From: Fimbriimonadales bacterium
Lineage (GTDB): Bacteria > Armatimonadota > Fimbriimonadia > Fimbriimonadales > Fimbriimonadaceae
Direction: 5' to 3'
DNA length: 64,000 bases
NCBI GenBank assembly: GCA_038230855.1
Contig: JBBRML010000004.1
Coordinates: 15,562-79,561, forward strand
Shown: piece by piece, positions 28,510 to 38,146 of the stretch
Layout of the letters: the number at the start of each line of letters is the position of its first letter
How positions within the stretch are numbered: position 1 is the stretch's first letter
The notes under the pieces: generated by a model
The model's input: only the letters and a program-made list of their open reading frames with translations
What the model was told of the DNA's origin: nothing
Databases searched by the model: none
Made by a program: the position numbers and the translations under genes

Positions 28510-31080
28510 TCACTCTTGGAGCCACGTCATCAGCCGGATATCGGCGTCAACCGGGACATGAGCGTGCTGAGGACGCACGCGAACCGTGTATCCGACTTGC
28601 CCAGACCTTAACCCGCGAAGCGAAGCGCGATATAGCAGCTGGTCGCCATCTTTGCCGTCCAACTGCATCGGAATAGCGGTCCGATCGTGCAACTCGCGGT
28701 ATTGACCAGGACGACCGACTACTAACTCAACCTTCAGGTCGTCTACCGATACCGCGCCTGGGAACACCCGCGCACAAATTTCGACGGGCGTGTCCGCGGA
28801 GTTCGTCAATCGTGCGTTATCAGAAACAGACATAACCCGCACGCCAGACCAGGTCTCTCGTATCGAACGCGTCCACGCGAGGGCGTCAGAGCTTGTGGTA
28901 TTGCCGTCAGAACTCATACCGACAAAGTCTCGCGAACTCGGGATGTACGCCTCGCGAGCGTATTCGGCCACCATGCGGCCCGTGGAGAACCGTGGACCGA
29001 GGCTTTTGATCGAATTGCGGACCATGCCCACCCATGCTTCGGGGACTCCTGCTTGTGACCGCTCGTAAAATGTCGGCGCAATTTTGCGCTCGATCAACTC
29101 ATACAATTCTCGGCTTTGGATCCAGTCCTGCCGGCCTGGGTCGGCATCCTTCTCCCGCCCTCCAATCGCCCAACCAACCTCAGGATCGTAGCCTTCATCC
29201 CACCAGCCGTCAAGAATCGAGCAGTTCAAGCCACCATTGGGCACGACTTTCATGCCGCTCGTGCCAGAGGCCTCAAATGGCCGGCGGGGATTGTTCAGCC
29301 ACACGTCGACGCCTTGGACAAGTTGGCGCGCTACAAACATGTCGTAGTCTTCGAGGAATAGCATGCGCGATTGCACGCCTTCCTGCTCAATGTATTGGAC
29401 GAGCTCTTGAATTAATTTCTTGCCCGCGTCGTCACGAGGATGCGACTTCCCCGCTATCAGAATCTGAATGGGTCGGTCGGGGTGAAAGAGCAACTGCTTG
29501 AGTCGGTTGCGGTCGGCGATCATCAGAGTCGCACGTTTGTAGGTGGCGAACCGGCGAGCAAACCCGATGGTTAGGATTCTGGGATCAAGGATCGAGTTCA
29601 ATGTCGCAAAATCCGGTTGATTCTGCGTTCTTCGCTCGATATCACGCTGATAGCGTCGACGGGCAAATCTCACTAAATCGCCGCGTTTGTTCTCGATCGT
29701 CGACCACAGGTCATCGTCCGGTATTTCGTCTACCTTCTCCCAGAGGTCGGGGTTCTCTGGATGCTCGCGCCACTCTTCACCCAGATAACGATCGAACAAC
29801 GCCGCCATCCGGCGTCCGACCCAAGTCTGGGTATGGATGCCATTGGTCACAGCGGTCACTGGAACATCTGCTGCCGGATAATTTGGCCATCGATCGCTGA
29901 ACATTTCGCGCGTCACTTCGGCATGCAATTTGGCGACGCCATTCACGCGGCCCGCCATGCTCATCGCGAAATACGCCATGTTAAACGCCTCACCTTCGTT
30001 ATTGGGGTCAGTTCTGCCGAGTCTAATGAACTCTGCCATCGAGAGGCCGGTTGAGGCAATCGTCTTTCCGAGGTACTTCTGTAAAAGTGGTGGTTCGAAG
30101 AGGTCAAAAGCGGCGGCGACCACGGTATGAGTCGTGAAAACGTTGCCAACCATAATGACTTGCCGTGCGGTGTGGAAGTCGCAGCCATGTTCGTCCATGT
30201 ACTGCCGGATGCGCTCGAGCGAGAGGAATCCGGCGTGGCCCTCGTTCATGTGACATACCGTCGGCTTGATGCCAAGAGTAGCGAGGGCTTTCATCCCTCC
30301 GATGCCAAGAATCATCTCTTGGCGAATCCGCATGTCCTCGTCGCCCCCATACAAATTGTCTGTAATTCCCTGGTCAGCGGGCTGGTTTTCCATGACGTTG
30401 CTGTCGAGGAGGTAAAGGTCAACTCGGCCGACAGTTGCTTTCCAAAGTTGGCAGTGGACCGTTCGGTCCGGGAACTCGATTTCGACTCGTACCGGACGAC
30501 CTTCCGAATCGCGCAACATAGTGATAGGTAGCTGGAAGGCGTCGTTTTGAGGATAAACCTCCTGCTGCCAACCGTCGAAATTCAATCGTTGACGGAAGTA
30601 GCCTCGGTTGTAGAGCAAGCCAACTCCGACCAGTGGCAACCCGAGATCACTCGCGGCCTTTAGGTGATCGCCAGCAAGGATTCCGAGTCCACCAGAGTAA
30701 ATCGGAAGGCTTTCCGTAATCCCGAATTCGGCACAGAAGTAGGCGATTTGCGTTGTATCGCGTTCGCCGGGGTAGGTCGCGTCGAACCAAGTCGGAGAGT
30801 TCATGTATGCGCGCAGGCTTACGACGGCTTCGTTCAGATGCTCAAGAAACGATCGGTCGCTGGCCAGCTCGTCAATCCGCTCTCGATCCAGAGAATGGAG
30901 CAAGGCGAGCGGATTCCGCTCTGTGACCATCCAAGCGTTTCGATCTATGTCTCGGAACAGGTCACGAATCGAGTGGTTCCATGTCCAATAGTAGTTCCTC
31001 GCAAGCTCAAGCAGGGGCAACAAGGTCTCGGGCAAATCGAGAATGACTTCAAACGATCGAACGTATTTCGGAATTTTCAT
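28510..31080 (-). CDS. glgP: Alpha-glucan (glycogen) phosphorylase
   Basis: AYFCAEFG, YSGGLGILAGDHLK, HMNEGH, EASGTSGMK; ATG at 31080 preferred. Confidence 0.95.
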   Translation of the reverse strand: MKIPKYVRSFEVILDLPETLLPLLELARNYYWTWNHSIRDLFRDIDRNAWMVTERNPLALLHSLDRERIDELASDRSFLEHLNEAVVSLRAYMNSPTWFDATYPGERDTTQIAYFCAEFGITESLPIYSGGLGILAGDHLKAASDLGLPLVGVGLLYNRGYFRQRLNFDGWQQEVYPQNDAFQLPITMLRDSEGRPVRVEIEFPDRTVHCQLWKATVGRVDLYLLDSNVMENQPADQGITDNLYGGDEDMRIRQEMILGIGGMKALATLGIKPTVCHMNEGHAGFLSLERIRQYMDEHGCDFHTARQVIMVGNVFTTHTVVAAAFDLFEPPLLQKYLGKTIASTGLSMAEFIRLGRTDPNNEGEAFNMAYFAMSMAGRVNGVAKLHAEVTREMFSDRWPNYPAADVPVTAVTNGIHTQTWVGRRMAALFDRYLGEEWREHPENPDLWEKVDEIPDDDLWSTIENKRGDLVRFARRRYQRDIERRTQNQPDFATLNSILDPRILTIGFARRFATYKRATLMIADRNRLKQLLFHPDRPIQILIAGKSHPRDDAGKKLIQELVQYIEQEGVQSRMLFLEDYDMFVARQLVQGVDVWLNNPRRPFEASGTSGMKVVPNGGLNCSILDGWWDEGYDPEVGWAIGGREKDADPGRQDWIQSRELYELIERKIAPTFYERSQAGVPEAWVGMVRNSIKSLGPRFSTGRMVAEYAREAYIPSSRDFVGMSSDGNTTSSDALAWTRSIRETWSGVRVMSVSDNARLTNSADTPVEICARVFPGAVSVDDLKVELVVGRPGQYRELHDRTAIPMQLDGKDGDQLLYRASLRGLRSGQVGYTVRVRPQHAHVPVDADIRLMTWLQE

Positions 31081-31151
31081 GTAACACCGGGGCAACCGTT
31101 GGCTTTGAGCTATGAGCTTGGCAGGCGTGTCGGGTATCACCTACCAGCGGC

Positions 31152-31856
31152 ATGCTTGATATCCAAAACATAAATGTCTTTTACGGCGCGATCCAGGCCC
31201 TGAACAACGTCTCCATTAACGTCCAGCCGGGAGAGATCGTAGCAATTATTGGCTCAAACGGCGCCGGAAAGAGCACCCTCTTGCGAACAATCAGCGGAAT
31301 TTTGCGACCAAGGTCGGGCACGATTCATTTTGAGGGCAAAGAAATAAGCTCTATGCCCGCTCACGAGATCGTAAAAATGGGAATCTCGCACTCTCCTGAA
31401 GGGCGGCGCATCTTTACGAACATGTCCGTGCAAGAGAATTTGCAGCTAGGCGCATATCTGCGATCGGACAAAGCGGCGATCGCCAAGGATATGGAGGCTG
31501 TTCAAGATCGATTCCCACGACTCCGAGAGCGCTTCAAACAGAGCTCCGGCACGATGAGCGGTGGCGAACAACAGATGCTCGCGATAGGGCGCGCCCTGAT
31601 GTCCCGTCCTCAAATCCTTCTTATGGACGAGCCCAGCCTTGGACTCGCACCGTTTTTGGTGACGGAGATTTTCAATATCGCGCTGGAGTTGCACCGCGAA
31701 GGCACAACCATCTTGATAGTTGAGCAGAATGCAAACCGCGCGCTTGAAATCGCAGACCGCGGTTACGTCCTGGAAACCGGGAACATTGTTCTTGAGGACA
31801 CCGGCAGAGCCCTCCTGACAAATCCAAAAGTAAAAGAAGCGTATCTAGGCGGTTAA
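31152..31856 (+). CDS. livF: Branched-chain amino acid ABC ATPase (LivF-like)
   Basis: GSNGAGKST, HSPEGRRIF, SGGEQQML, DEPSLGLAP, GYVLETG. Confidence 0.9.
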   Translation: MLDIQNINVFYGAIQALNNVSINVQPGEIVAIIGSNGAGKSTLLRTISGILRPRSGTIHFEGKEISSMPAHEIVKMGISHSPEGRRIFTNMSVQENLQLGAYLRSDKAAIAKDMEAVQDRFPRLRERFKQSSGTMSGGEQQMLAIGRALMSRPQILLMDEPSLGLAPFLVTEIFNIALELHREGTTILIVEQNANRALEIADRGYVLETGNIVLEDTGRALLTNPKVKEAYLGG

Positions 31857-31859
31857 CCA

Positions 31860-32339
31860 GTGAACGAACTTGCTACCCTGCGCTTCGAGCCGATCACGGA
31901 ACGACACATCGAATCCATCCTTCCGATCGAGGCTGCTTCGCACGGTGCTCCCTGGTCGGAGCGGAGCTTCCGAAATGAGATCAACCACGAGTTTGGAATC
32001 TATCTCGTCGCGATGCTCTTTGGAAAAGTCGCGGGATATGGTGGGGTTTGGCTTGTGATTGATGAGGCTCATGTCACAACAGTGACAATCGCGGAAGAAC
32101 ACCGGCGACTCGGAATAGGTCAGAAATTGGTGACCGAACTTCTTCGGCAAGCCAAAGAAGCCGGAATGGTTTGCAGCTCCCTCGAAGTACGCGCTAGCAA
32201 CGAAGCGGCGATCGCGCTGTACGAAAAGATCGGATTTGAGCGAACATCCGTGCGTCGCCGTTACTATCCGGACAATGACGAAGATGCCGCGGTGATGTGG
32301 CTGCACGACCTTGGAAACTGGGAACCGAGAAAGGCTTGA
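31860..32339 (+). CDS. rimI: Ribosomal-protein N-acetyltransferase
   Basis: PWS, LEVRASN..AI.LY, RRRYY...EDA motifs; located upstream of tsaD. Confidence 0.9.
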   Translation: MNELATLRFEPITERHIESILPIEAASHGAPWSERSFRNEINHEFGIYLVAMLFGKVAGYGGVWLVIDEAHVTTVTIAEEHRRLGIGQKLVTELLRQAKEAGMVCSSLEVRASNEAAIALYEKIGFERTSVRRRYYPDNDEDAAVMWLHDLGNWEPRKA

Positions 32340-33334
32340 CGTTTTTCGACCGCCCGATATTAGCAATCGAATCGAGCTGTGACGAGACTTCAGCAGCAAT
32401 CGTGGTTGGCCGAGCGGTAATCGCAAACGTCGTTAGTTCACAAATCGAAACCCATCGCAAATGGGGAGGAGTTGTCCCAGAAGTGGCAGCGCGCCTCCAT
32501 GTTGAGTCGATTCTCAGCGTTGTGGACGAGGCGCTGGCAGTCGGAAATATTTCGTTAGCTGAGGTCGGGGCGTTTGCGGCAACCGATCGACCGGGACTCG
32601 TCGGAGCACTCGCGGTGGGCGTTGCCGCCGCCAAGTCTTTGGCGTTTAGCGCCAACAAACCCTACCTTGGAATCCATCACTTAGAGGGCCATATCTGCAG
32701 CGTATTTGGCCTCGCAGACGTCATTCCTTACCCAAACATAGCGCTCATCGCCTCAGGCGGGCACACAGAGATCGTGCATGTGCGGCAGTTTGGTGAGTAC
32801 GAGATCATTGGTCAAACCATCGACGACGCCGCTGGCGAAGCGTTCGACAAGGCAGCCCGTCTTCTTGGCCTTGGTTACCCAGGGGGGCCAGCAATTCAGG
32901 CTGCGGCCTCACTTAACACGAAGCGTTATCTTCTTCCACGCGGTCTCACCGGTGACGTTATAGACTTTTCATTCAGTGGGCTGAAAACAGCGGTGCTCCG
33001 GTTGACGGAGCGCGAAGGGGCGAAGCTCAACGTTGCTGATGCAGCCGCAAGCCTGCAAGAAGCGATCGTGTCGGTACTGGTGGAGCGAACGATTCGAGCA
33101 GCGGAGCGAGTGGACGCTCGAGCCATCGCGGTCACCGGGGGTGTTTCAGCTAATTCAGCGCTGAGAACTCGGTTTGAGGGTGAATTGCCTAAAGTTGGCA
33201 TCCCGTGTTTCATCCCGCCTCTGTCGCTGTGCACGGACAATGCGGGCATGATTGGCCTAGCTGCGTCCGTCCGTTTTGCGCGCGGCGAATCGCACGAACT
33301 CACCAAAGACGTACAACCGAGCGCGAGTCTTTAG
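32336..33334 (+). CDS. tsaD: tRNA N6-adenosine threonylcarbamoyltransferase
   Basis: ILAIESSCDETS, GGVVPE.A.R.H, HHLEGH, DDAAGEAFDK, TDNAGMI; TTG at 32336 overlapping the rimI stop is preferred. Confidence 0.96.
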   Translation: MTFFDRPILAIESSCDETSAAIVVGRAVIANVVSSQIETHRKWGGVVPEVAARLHVESILSVVDEALAVGNISLAEVGAFAATDRPGLVGALAVGVAAAKSLAFSANKPYLGIHHLEGHICSVFGLADVIPYPNIALIASGGHTEIVHVRQFGEYEIIGQTIDDAAGEAFDKAARLLGLGYPGGPAIQAAASLNTKRYLLPRGLTGDVIDFSFSGLKTAVLRLTEREGAKLNVADAAASLQEAIVSVLVERTIRAAERVDARAIAVTGGVSANSALRTRFEGELPKVGIPCFIPPLSLCTDNAGMIGLAASVRFARGESHELTKDVQPSASL

Positions 33335-34104
33335 ACTACGGCACCAAACTTACGGGTCCGCTTCTGGTATTCCAAGATCGACCCGAACAGTTGGTTTTCA
33401 TCAAATTCTGGCCACGTTACAGGCGTGACGACTAGTTCGGCGTACGCGGCCTGCCAAATCAGAAAATTGCTCCATCGCATTTCGCCCGCGGTTCGGACCA
33501 TGAGATCGGGGTCCGGGTGATGGGGGTTGTAAAGACTCTTCGTGATAAGCTCTTCGTTGACTTCGGTCGCCGGGACGCCGGACGCCAATATCTGCTTTAC
33601 GGCATCGACAATCTCCGCGCGACCGCCGTAATTGATGGCAAGGGTGAACGTAATCGCCGTATTGTTTTTCGTCAGTTCGACGGAGTCCATGATCGCATCG
33701 TAGAGCCCGCGTGGAATTTCATTCATTCGGCCCGAGACATTGATCCGGGCATTCTTCGCGTGAATCTCCTTCAGCTCAGCGCGAATCGCCATTTCGATCA
33801 ACTTCATGAGGCCGGAGATTTCGTCCTTCGGTCGCCGCCAGTTCTCCGCTGAGAATGCATAAACGGTGAGGTATTTGATGCCAAGATCGTTCGCAGCGAG
33901 CACAGTACGCTTGAGAGCGCCGTAACCCTCCCGATGACCCATCAAGCGCGGAAGCCCGCGACCCTTTGCCCACCGACCATTGCCATCCATGATGATGGCA
34001 ATGTGGGTTGGGAGGCGTTCGATATCGATTCCGGCGCGAATGGCGCGATCGACGATATCGTTCGGCGCATCCGAGGGTCGTGCTTTTTGTCTTCGGATCG
34101 CGAT
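33331..34104 (-). CDS. uppS: Undecaprenyl diphosphate synthase; start uncertain, apparently non-canonical
   Basis: PTHIAIIMDGNGRW, AFSAENW, YGGR, DPDLMVRTAGE, SNFLIWQ. The conserved region extends upstream of the first ATG (33990). Confidence 0.9.
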   Translation of the reverse strand: MAIRRQKARPSDAPNDIVDRAIRAGIDIERLPTHIAIIMDGNGRWAKGRGLPRLMGHREGYGALKRTVLAANDLGIKYLTVYAFSAENWRRPKDEISGLMKLIEMAIRAELKEIHAKNARINVSGRMNEIPRGLYDAIMDSVELTKNNTAITFTLAINYGGRAEIVDAVKQILASGVPATEVNEELITKSLYNPHHPDPDLMVRTAGEMRWSNFLIWQAAYAELVVTPVTWPEFDENQLFGSILEYQKRTRKFGAVV

Positions 34105-34153
34105 CTTTAGACTCCGATTTTTGGCCGTGGTGAGTGTAGCTTCAAGTCGATGA

Positions 34154-34714
34154 TCAAACGACCATCAACTCGGCTTCTTTCTTCTTGCCTAGTTCATCTG
34201 CGAGGTGCACCGCTGAGTCAGTCAATTTTTGCACCTTCGCTTCGTTGCCCTTTACGTCATCCTCGGTGATCTCTTTTTTCTTCTCAAGCGCCTTGAGGTT
34301 CTCAATGGCGTCTCGACGAAGGTTTCGAATCGTGATTCTCGCCTGCTCAGTGCGGGCGTGAACTTGCTTGACCATTTCCTTTCGACGTTCCTCTGTCATC
34401 GCTGGAAACGTCAAGCGAATGCCCGATCCGTCATTTACGGGGCTGATACCGAGATCGCTCTTGAGAATTGCACGCTCAATCGCAGGGATGAGGGACTTCT
34501 CGTACGGCGATATCAGAAGCTGTCGAGGCTCAGGAATGCTTATGTTTGCAACTTGGTTGACGGGAGTCTCGGTTCCGTAGTAGTCGACGTGAACGCGCTC
34601 GAGCACAGAGGGAGAAGCCCGACCCGTTCGGTAAGTTCCGAAGTCGTGAGTCATGGCATCAAGGGCCGCCTTCATACGGTTCTCTGCTTCCTGCAAGATT
34701 TCTGAAACGGTCAT
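34154..34714 (-). CDS. frr: Ribosome recycling factor
   Basis: RTGRAS, DYYG, PAMTEERRKEMVK, RNLRRDA. Confidence 0.97.
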   Translation of the reverse strand: MTVSEILQEAENRMKAALDAMTHDFGTYRTGRASPSVLERVHVDYYGTETPVNQVANISIPEPRQLLISPYEKSLIPAIERAILKSDLGISPVNDGSGIRLTFPAMTEERRKEMVKQVHARTEQARITIRNLRRDAIENLKALEKKKEITEDDVKGNEAKVQKLTDSAVHLADELGKKKEAELMVV

Positions 34715-34716
34715 TT

Positions 34717-35445
34717 CTATTCTCCTCCAACAAGGGTACCGCTCGATCCGCCGCTGATGGCGTCGAGCAAGCTTCCGGGCTTATGAAAATCCAACACGAT
34801 GAGGGGCAGTGAATGCTCCTGGCACATCGTGAATGCGGTCAGGTCCATTACGCCGAGGCGCCCTTCGATGGCGGTCGTGTATGAAAGAGTGTCGTAGCGC
34901 TTTGCGGTGGGATTCTTCCGGGGGTCACTTTCGTAGACTCCGTCCACTTTGGTTGCCTTGATCAGAACATCAGCCTCGATCTCGAGAGCGCGCAATACCG
35001 CAGCCGTATCCGTCGTAAAAAAGGGATTTCCTGTTCCAGCCGCAAAAACCACAACTCTTCGTTTTTCCATGTGGCGAATTGCTCGGCGACGAATGAAAGG
35101 CTCGGCGACTTGGCTGACGGAAATCGCGCTTTGAACTCGAACTTGCAGCCCTTGCCTCTCGACCGCTGACTGAATCGCGAGCGAGTTCATCAATGTGCCG
35201 AGCATTCCCATCTGGTCTGCCACGGATCGATCTATTCCGCCTTCGGCAGAAAATGACGCACCGCGGACGTAGTTTCCGCCTCCGACGACGATGGCGATCT
35301 CGCAGCCAACTGCGTGCACTGACGCGATCTCCCCGGCGATATAGCTGAGTACCTTCGGGTCTAGGCCAAAGCCCTGATCTCCGGCCAACGCCTCGCCGCT
35401 GAGCTTGATTAGAGCTCGCTTAAACTGCTTTCTGACTAGCTCCAT
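34717..35445 (-). CDS. pyrH: UMP kinase
   Basis: IKLSGEAL, VGGGN, DQMGM, GTGNPFFTTD. Confidence 0.97.
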   Translation of the reverse strand: MELVRKQFKRALIKLSGEALAGDQGFGLDPKVLSYIAGEIASVHAVGCEIAIVVGGGNYVRGASFSAEGGIDRSVADQMGMLGTLMNSLAIQSAVERQGLQVRVQSAISVSQVAEPFIRRRAIRHMEKRRVVVFAAGTGNPFFTTDTAAVLRALEIEADVLIKATKVDGVYESDPRKNPTAKRYDTLSYTTAIEGRLGVMDLTAFTMCQEHSLPLIVLDFHKPGSLLDAISGGSSGTLVGGE

Positions 35446-35627
35446 ACTCTGCCCACACTCGTTTTCACTTTCCCAAAACGAAGGCCTGCGTTTGACTGCA
35501 GACCCGCACCGAGTGTACCAGCGCGATTAGTTCACGCTCGTCCAAAACGAATGTCCAGAATAGGGGTCGCGATCTTCGTAATGAGGGTGGTGAGGGTGAT
35601 AAACTAAAATCCAGCGCATCGAATCGG

Positions 35628-36194
35628 TTGATGCCTGCGTCCTTTCCCATGCCGAATGAAGCATCGACTGACTCCCTGGCTGAGACAAAGTGGCTCGAAT
35701 CCCTCGCGCAGGGCGATCCTAAAGCCTTGGGAAGCCTATATGAAATGTATGGCGAAAGGATTTTTCGCTACACATTTCGCATGCTCGGCAATCGCACGGA
35801 AGCGGAGGACGCTACCGCAGAAACCTTTCTACGGGTCCTTCGACGTTCCGCTGAATTGCGGGCCGATGGTGCCTTTCGGACATGGCTGTTTCGCATCGCA
35901 CGGAACCTATGTATTGACAGATTGCGGCAGCACAAACTCTTGGAGTTGCCGCCAGACGCCCAGTATGGCGGGTCGGAAGACCGAGCGACCTTGCGGATTA
36001 CGATCCAGCAAGCCCTTGCCGACCTTCCCGTCGAATATCGCGAGCCGATCGTCCTGTGCGATCTTGAGGACATGGCCGCGAAGGATGCAGCGGAGATCCT
36101 AAAAGTGAGTGTGCCGGCATTAAAGTCGCGCCTTTACCGGGGTCGCCGCGCGTTACGAGACAAGCTAGGAAGCACAATGGAGAAGACGTCGTGA
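35628..36194 (+). CDS. ECF RNA polymerase sigma factor
   Basis: AEDATAETF, FRTWLFRIARN, V.ALKSRLYRGR; start may be 35649. Confidence 0.92.
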   Translation: MMPASFPMPNEASTDSLAETKWLESLAQGDPKALGSLYEMYGERIFRYTFRMLGNRTEAEDATAETFLRVLRRSAELRADGAFRTWLFRIARNLCIDRLRQHKLLELPPDAQYGGSEDRATLRITIQQALADLPVEYREPIVLCDLEDMAAKDAAEILKVSVPALKSRLYRGRRALRDKLGSTMEKTS

Positions 36195-36478
36195 AGCACG
36201 AAATCTACAATCAATTAGTCGACATCTACGCAGGACGCGAATTACCAACGGAACTCGAATCTGAGATGGAAGCAGCCGCTTTCACCGATTTGGCGCTCAG
36301 CCATAACATGGCCACGCTACGACGAACGGTCGATCTGTTGCAGTCGCAGCCGAAACCAGAATTCACCGAGGAGTCGTATCAACGCGTCCTCATGAAAATT
36401 TATGCACGCGGAGGGAACATCGAGCCGAAATCTGCGACCCCAACGCACCTGCAATACCATTTACCGATTCAGGGCTAA
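36191..36478 (+). CDS. Small cytoplasmic putative anti-sigma factor
   Basis: GTGA overlap with the sigma gene; L.D.Y..ELP..LE.EME anti-sigma-like helix pattern; no TM. Confidence 0.55.
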   Translation: MKHEIYNQLVDIYAGRELPTELESEMEAAAFTDLALSHNMATLRRTVDLLQSQPKPEFTEESYQRVLMKIYARGGNIEPKSATPTHLQYHLPIQG

Positions 36479-36500
36479 GTCCAGAATCCAGAAAGTCACA

Positions 36501-37604
36501 ATGAGACTCGAATGCCCCCGAAAAGAACTCTTCGACGCGATCAACGCGGCGACCAGCGCCGCTAGCGCGCGCACGGCACTGCCAATTCTTCAAAGTTTGA
36601 AGGTCGACGCCTCGGATGGCCAAGTACGCGTCCTCGGATGCGATGGCGAAATGTGGATTGAGCGAAAGGTCGCTTGTATGGTTCACGAGCCGGGGGCGAT
36701 TTGTCTGCAAGCTCGGCTACTGTGCGATCTAGTCTCGTCGATGGGTGAGGGCTCGATCGAGCTCAAAACTCTCGACGGACAGGGCGTTTTGCTGACGCAG
36801 GGCGCGTCTGAGTACCGCATGGTAAGTCTCGACGCAGAGGACTTTCCGGAGCCTCCCGAGTACGGCGGCGAAAGTGAACTCCGACTGCCTCTGAGTACCC
36901 TTCGAGAAGCTGTGGACTCGGTTTCGTTCGCAGTTTCAACAGACTTTCATCGGCAAGTTTTGACGGGTGTGCTTTTCGTCTACGATGGATCAAAACTGAC
37001 CCTCGTCGCAACGGACACTCACCGGCTCGCTGTTCGAGTGATCGAGCAGAGTGGAATCGGATCGAACATGACCGCGGTAGTCCCTGAGAAAGCGCTTCGC
37101 GCAATCAAATCGATGCCGCTGAGTGAGGACGCCGAAGTGGAAATTCGCTTTGACTCAGTACGACTCGGTGTTGAGGCTGGCGGCATGAAGGTGGTTTCCC
37201 AGCTTCTGGCGGGGACGTTCCCAAATTGGGAGCGAGTGATTCCGTCCGATCCAAATCGCAGCTGGTCGATCGAGCGAGATCAGCTTGGCGAGAAGGTCAA
37301 ACGAACGATGATTTTGGCCAGAGACTCCGCTTTCAGAGTTCGGTTCAAGGGCTCTGGCGACCAAGTTCTGCTCTCGGCAAAGTCCGAGGAGAAGGGCGAG
37401 GCCAAGGAAGAGCTTACGATCGTTTCGGACAACGGCGATATCGAAATCGCGTTTAACGGCAAATATGTGCTCGAAGCGCTTCAGCCGATTATCGGGCCGG
37501 GAGTCAAAGTCACTATGACGGAGAGTTCTCGAGCAGCGGTGATTCGACCAGCTGATGACGACCAAGATTATCTTTGCGTCATCATGCCGATGGCGCTGGC
37601 CTAG
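36501..37604 (+). CDS. dnaN: DNA polymerase III beta clamp
   Basis: LPIL, LVATDTHRLA, FPNWERVIP, IAFNGKY, VIMPM; ATG at 36501. Confidence 0.96.
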   Translation: MRLECPRKELFDAINAATSAASARTALPILQSLKVDASDGQVRVLGCDGEMWIERKVACMVHEPGAICLQARLLCDLVSSMGEGSIELKTLDGQGVLLTQGASEYRMVSLDAEDFPEPPEYGGESELRLPLSTLREAVDSVSFAVSTDFHRQVLTGVLFVYDGSKLTLVATDTHRLAVRVIEQSGIGSNMTAVVPEKALRAIKSMPLSEDAEVEIRFDSVRLGVEAGGMKVVSQLLAGTFPNWERVIPSDPNRSWSIERDQLGEKVKRTMILARDSAFRVRFKGSGDQVLLSAKSEEKGEAKEELTIVSDNGDIEIAFNGKYVLEALQPIIGPGVKVTMTESSRAAVIRPADDDQDYLCVIMPMALA

Positions 37605-38068
37605 TCGGAACTGTCAATGACCTTGTCGGCAGGAAGGCAATACTCACAATAACATCGCCGTGGCAGTCGGGCATTTAGCAGGTGGAACCCGATTAAGGTT
37701 GCGCCCCCAAGAATTGACAAACCGGCTTCGGCGATCCGTGAAGTCCCGCTGAACAACGCATGCCCTACGCCAATCGTCGTCAGGCCAAGCGCGAACATAA
37801 TGCCAGGGACGTAGGAACGATGCTGGCGGAAGCCCCGCACGATTGCCAACGTTCCGATAGATGCCGCCGCACCGAAAAAGCAAAGTTCAGCGGCGACTGA
37901 ACCGAGAAACTCGGCTCCGACGATCGGTAAGATGCCGACCAGGAAGCCGGTCAGTGCGCAGTGGATGACGCAAAGAAAACTGGCGACTGAGCCAATCTTG
38001 TCGATATCAAAGTGCCTCCGAGCGCGGTCCACAAAGAAACTATACCCTGGTGGGGTAGGCCACGACAA
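37601..38068 (-). CDS. MerC domain membrane protein
   Basis: DKIGSVASFLCVIHC, four TMs, H.LN near the C-terminus, CYCEYC tail. Confidence 0.8.
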   Translation of the reverse strand: MSWPTPPGYSFFVDRARRHFDIDKIGSVASFLCVIHCALTGFLVGILPIVGAEFLGSVAAELCFFGAAASIGTLAIVRGFRQHRSYVPGIMFALGLTTIGVGHALFSGTSRIAEAGLSILGGATLIGFHLLNARLPRRCYCEYCLPADKVIDSSD

Positions 38069-38146
38069 TTGTTAATTGTGCCTACTGCCCTTCGGACGTT
38101 TGAAGCGTGTAACGGGCTCGCAACTGCTTAGGTAGGCTAACCGCAA

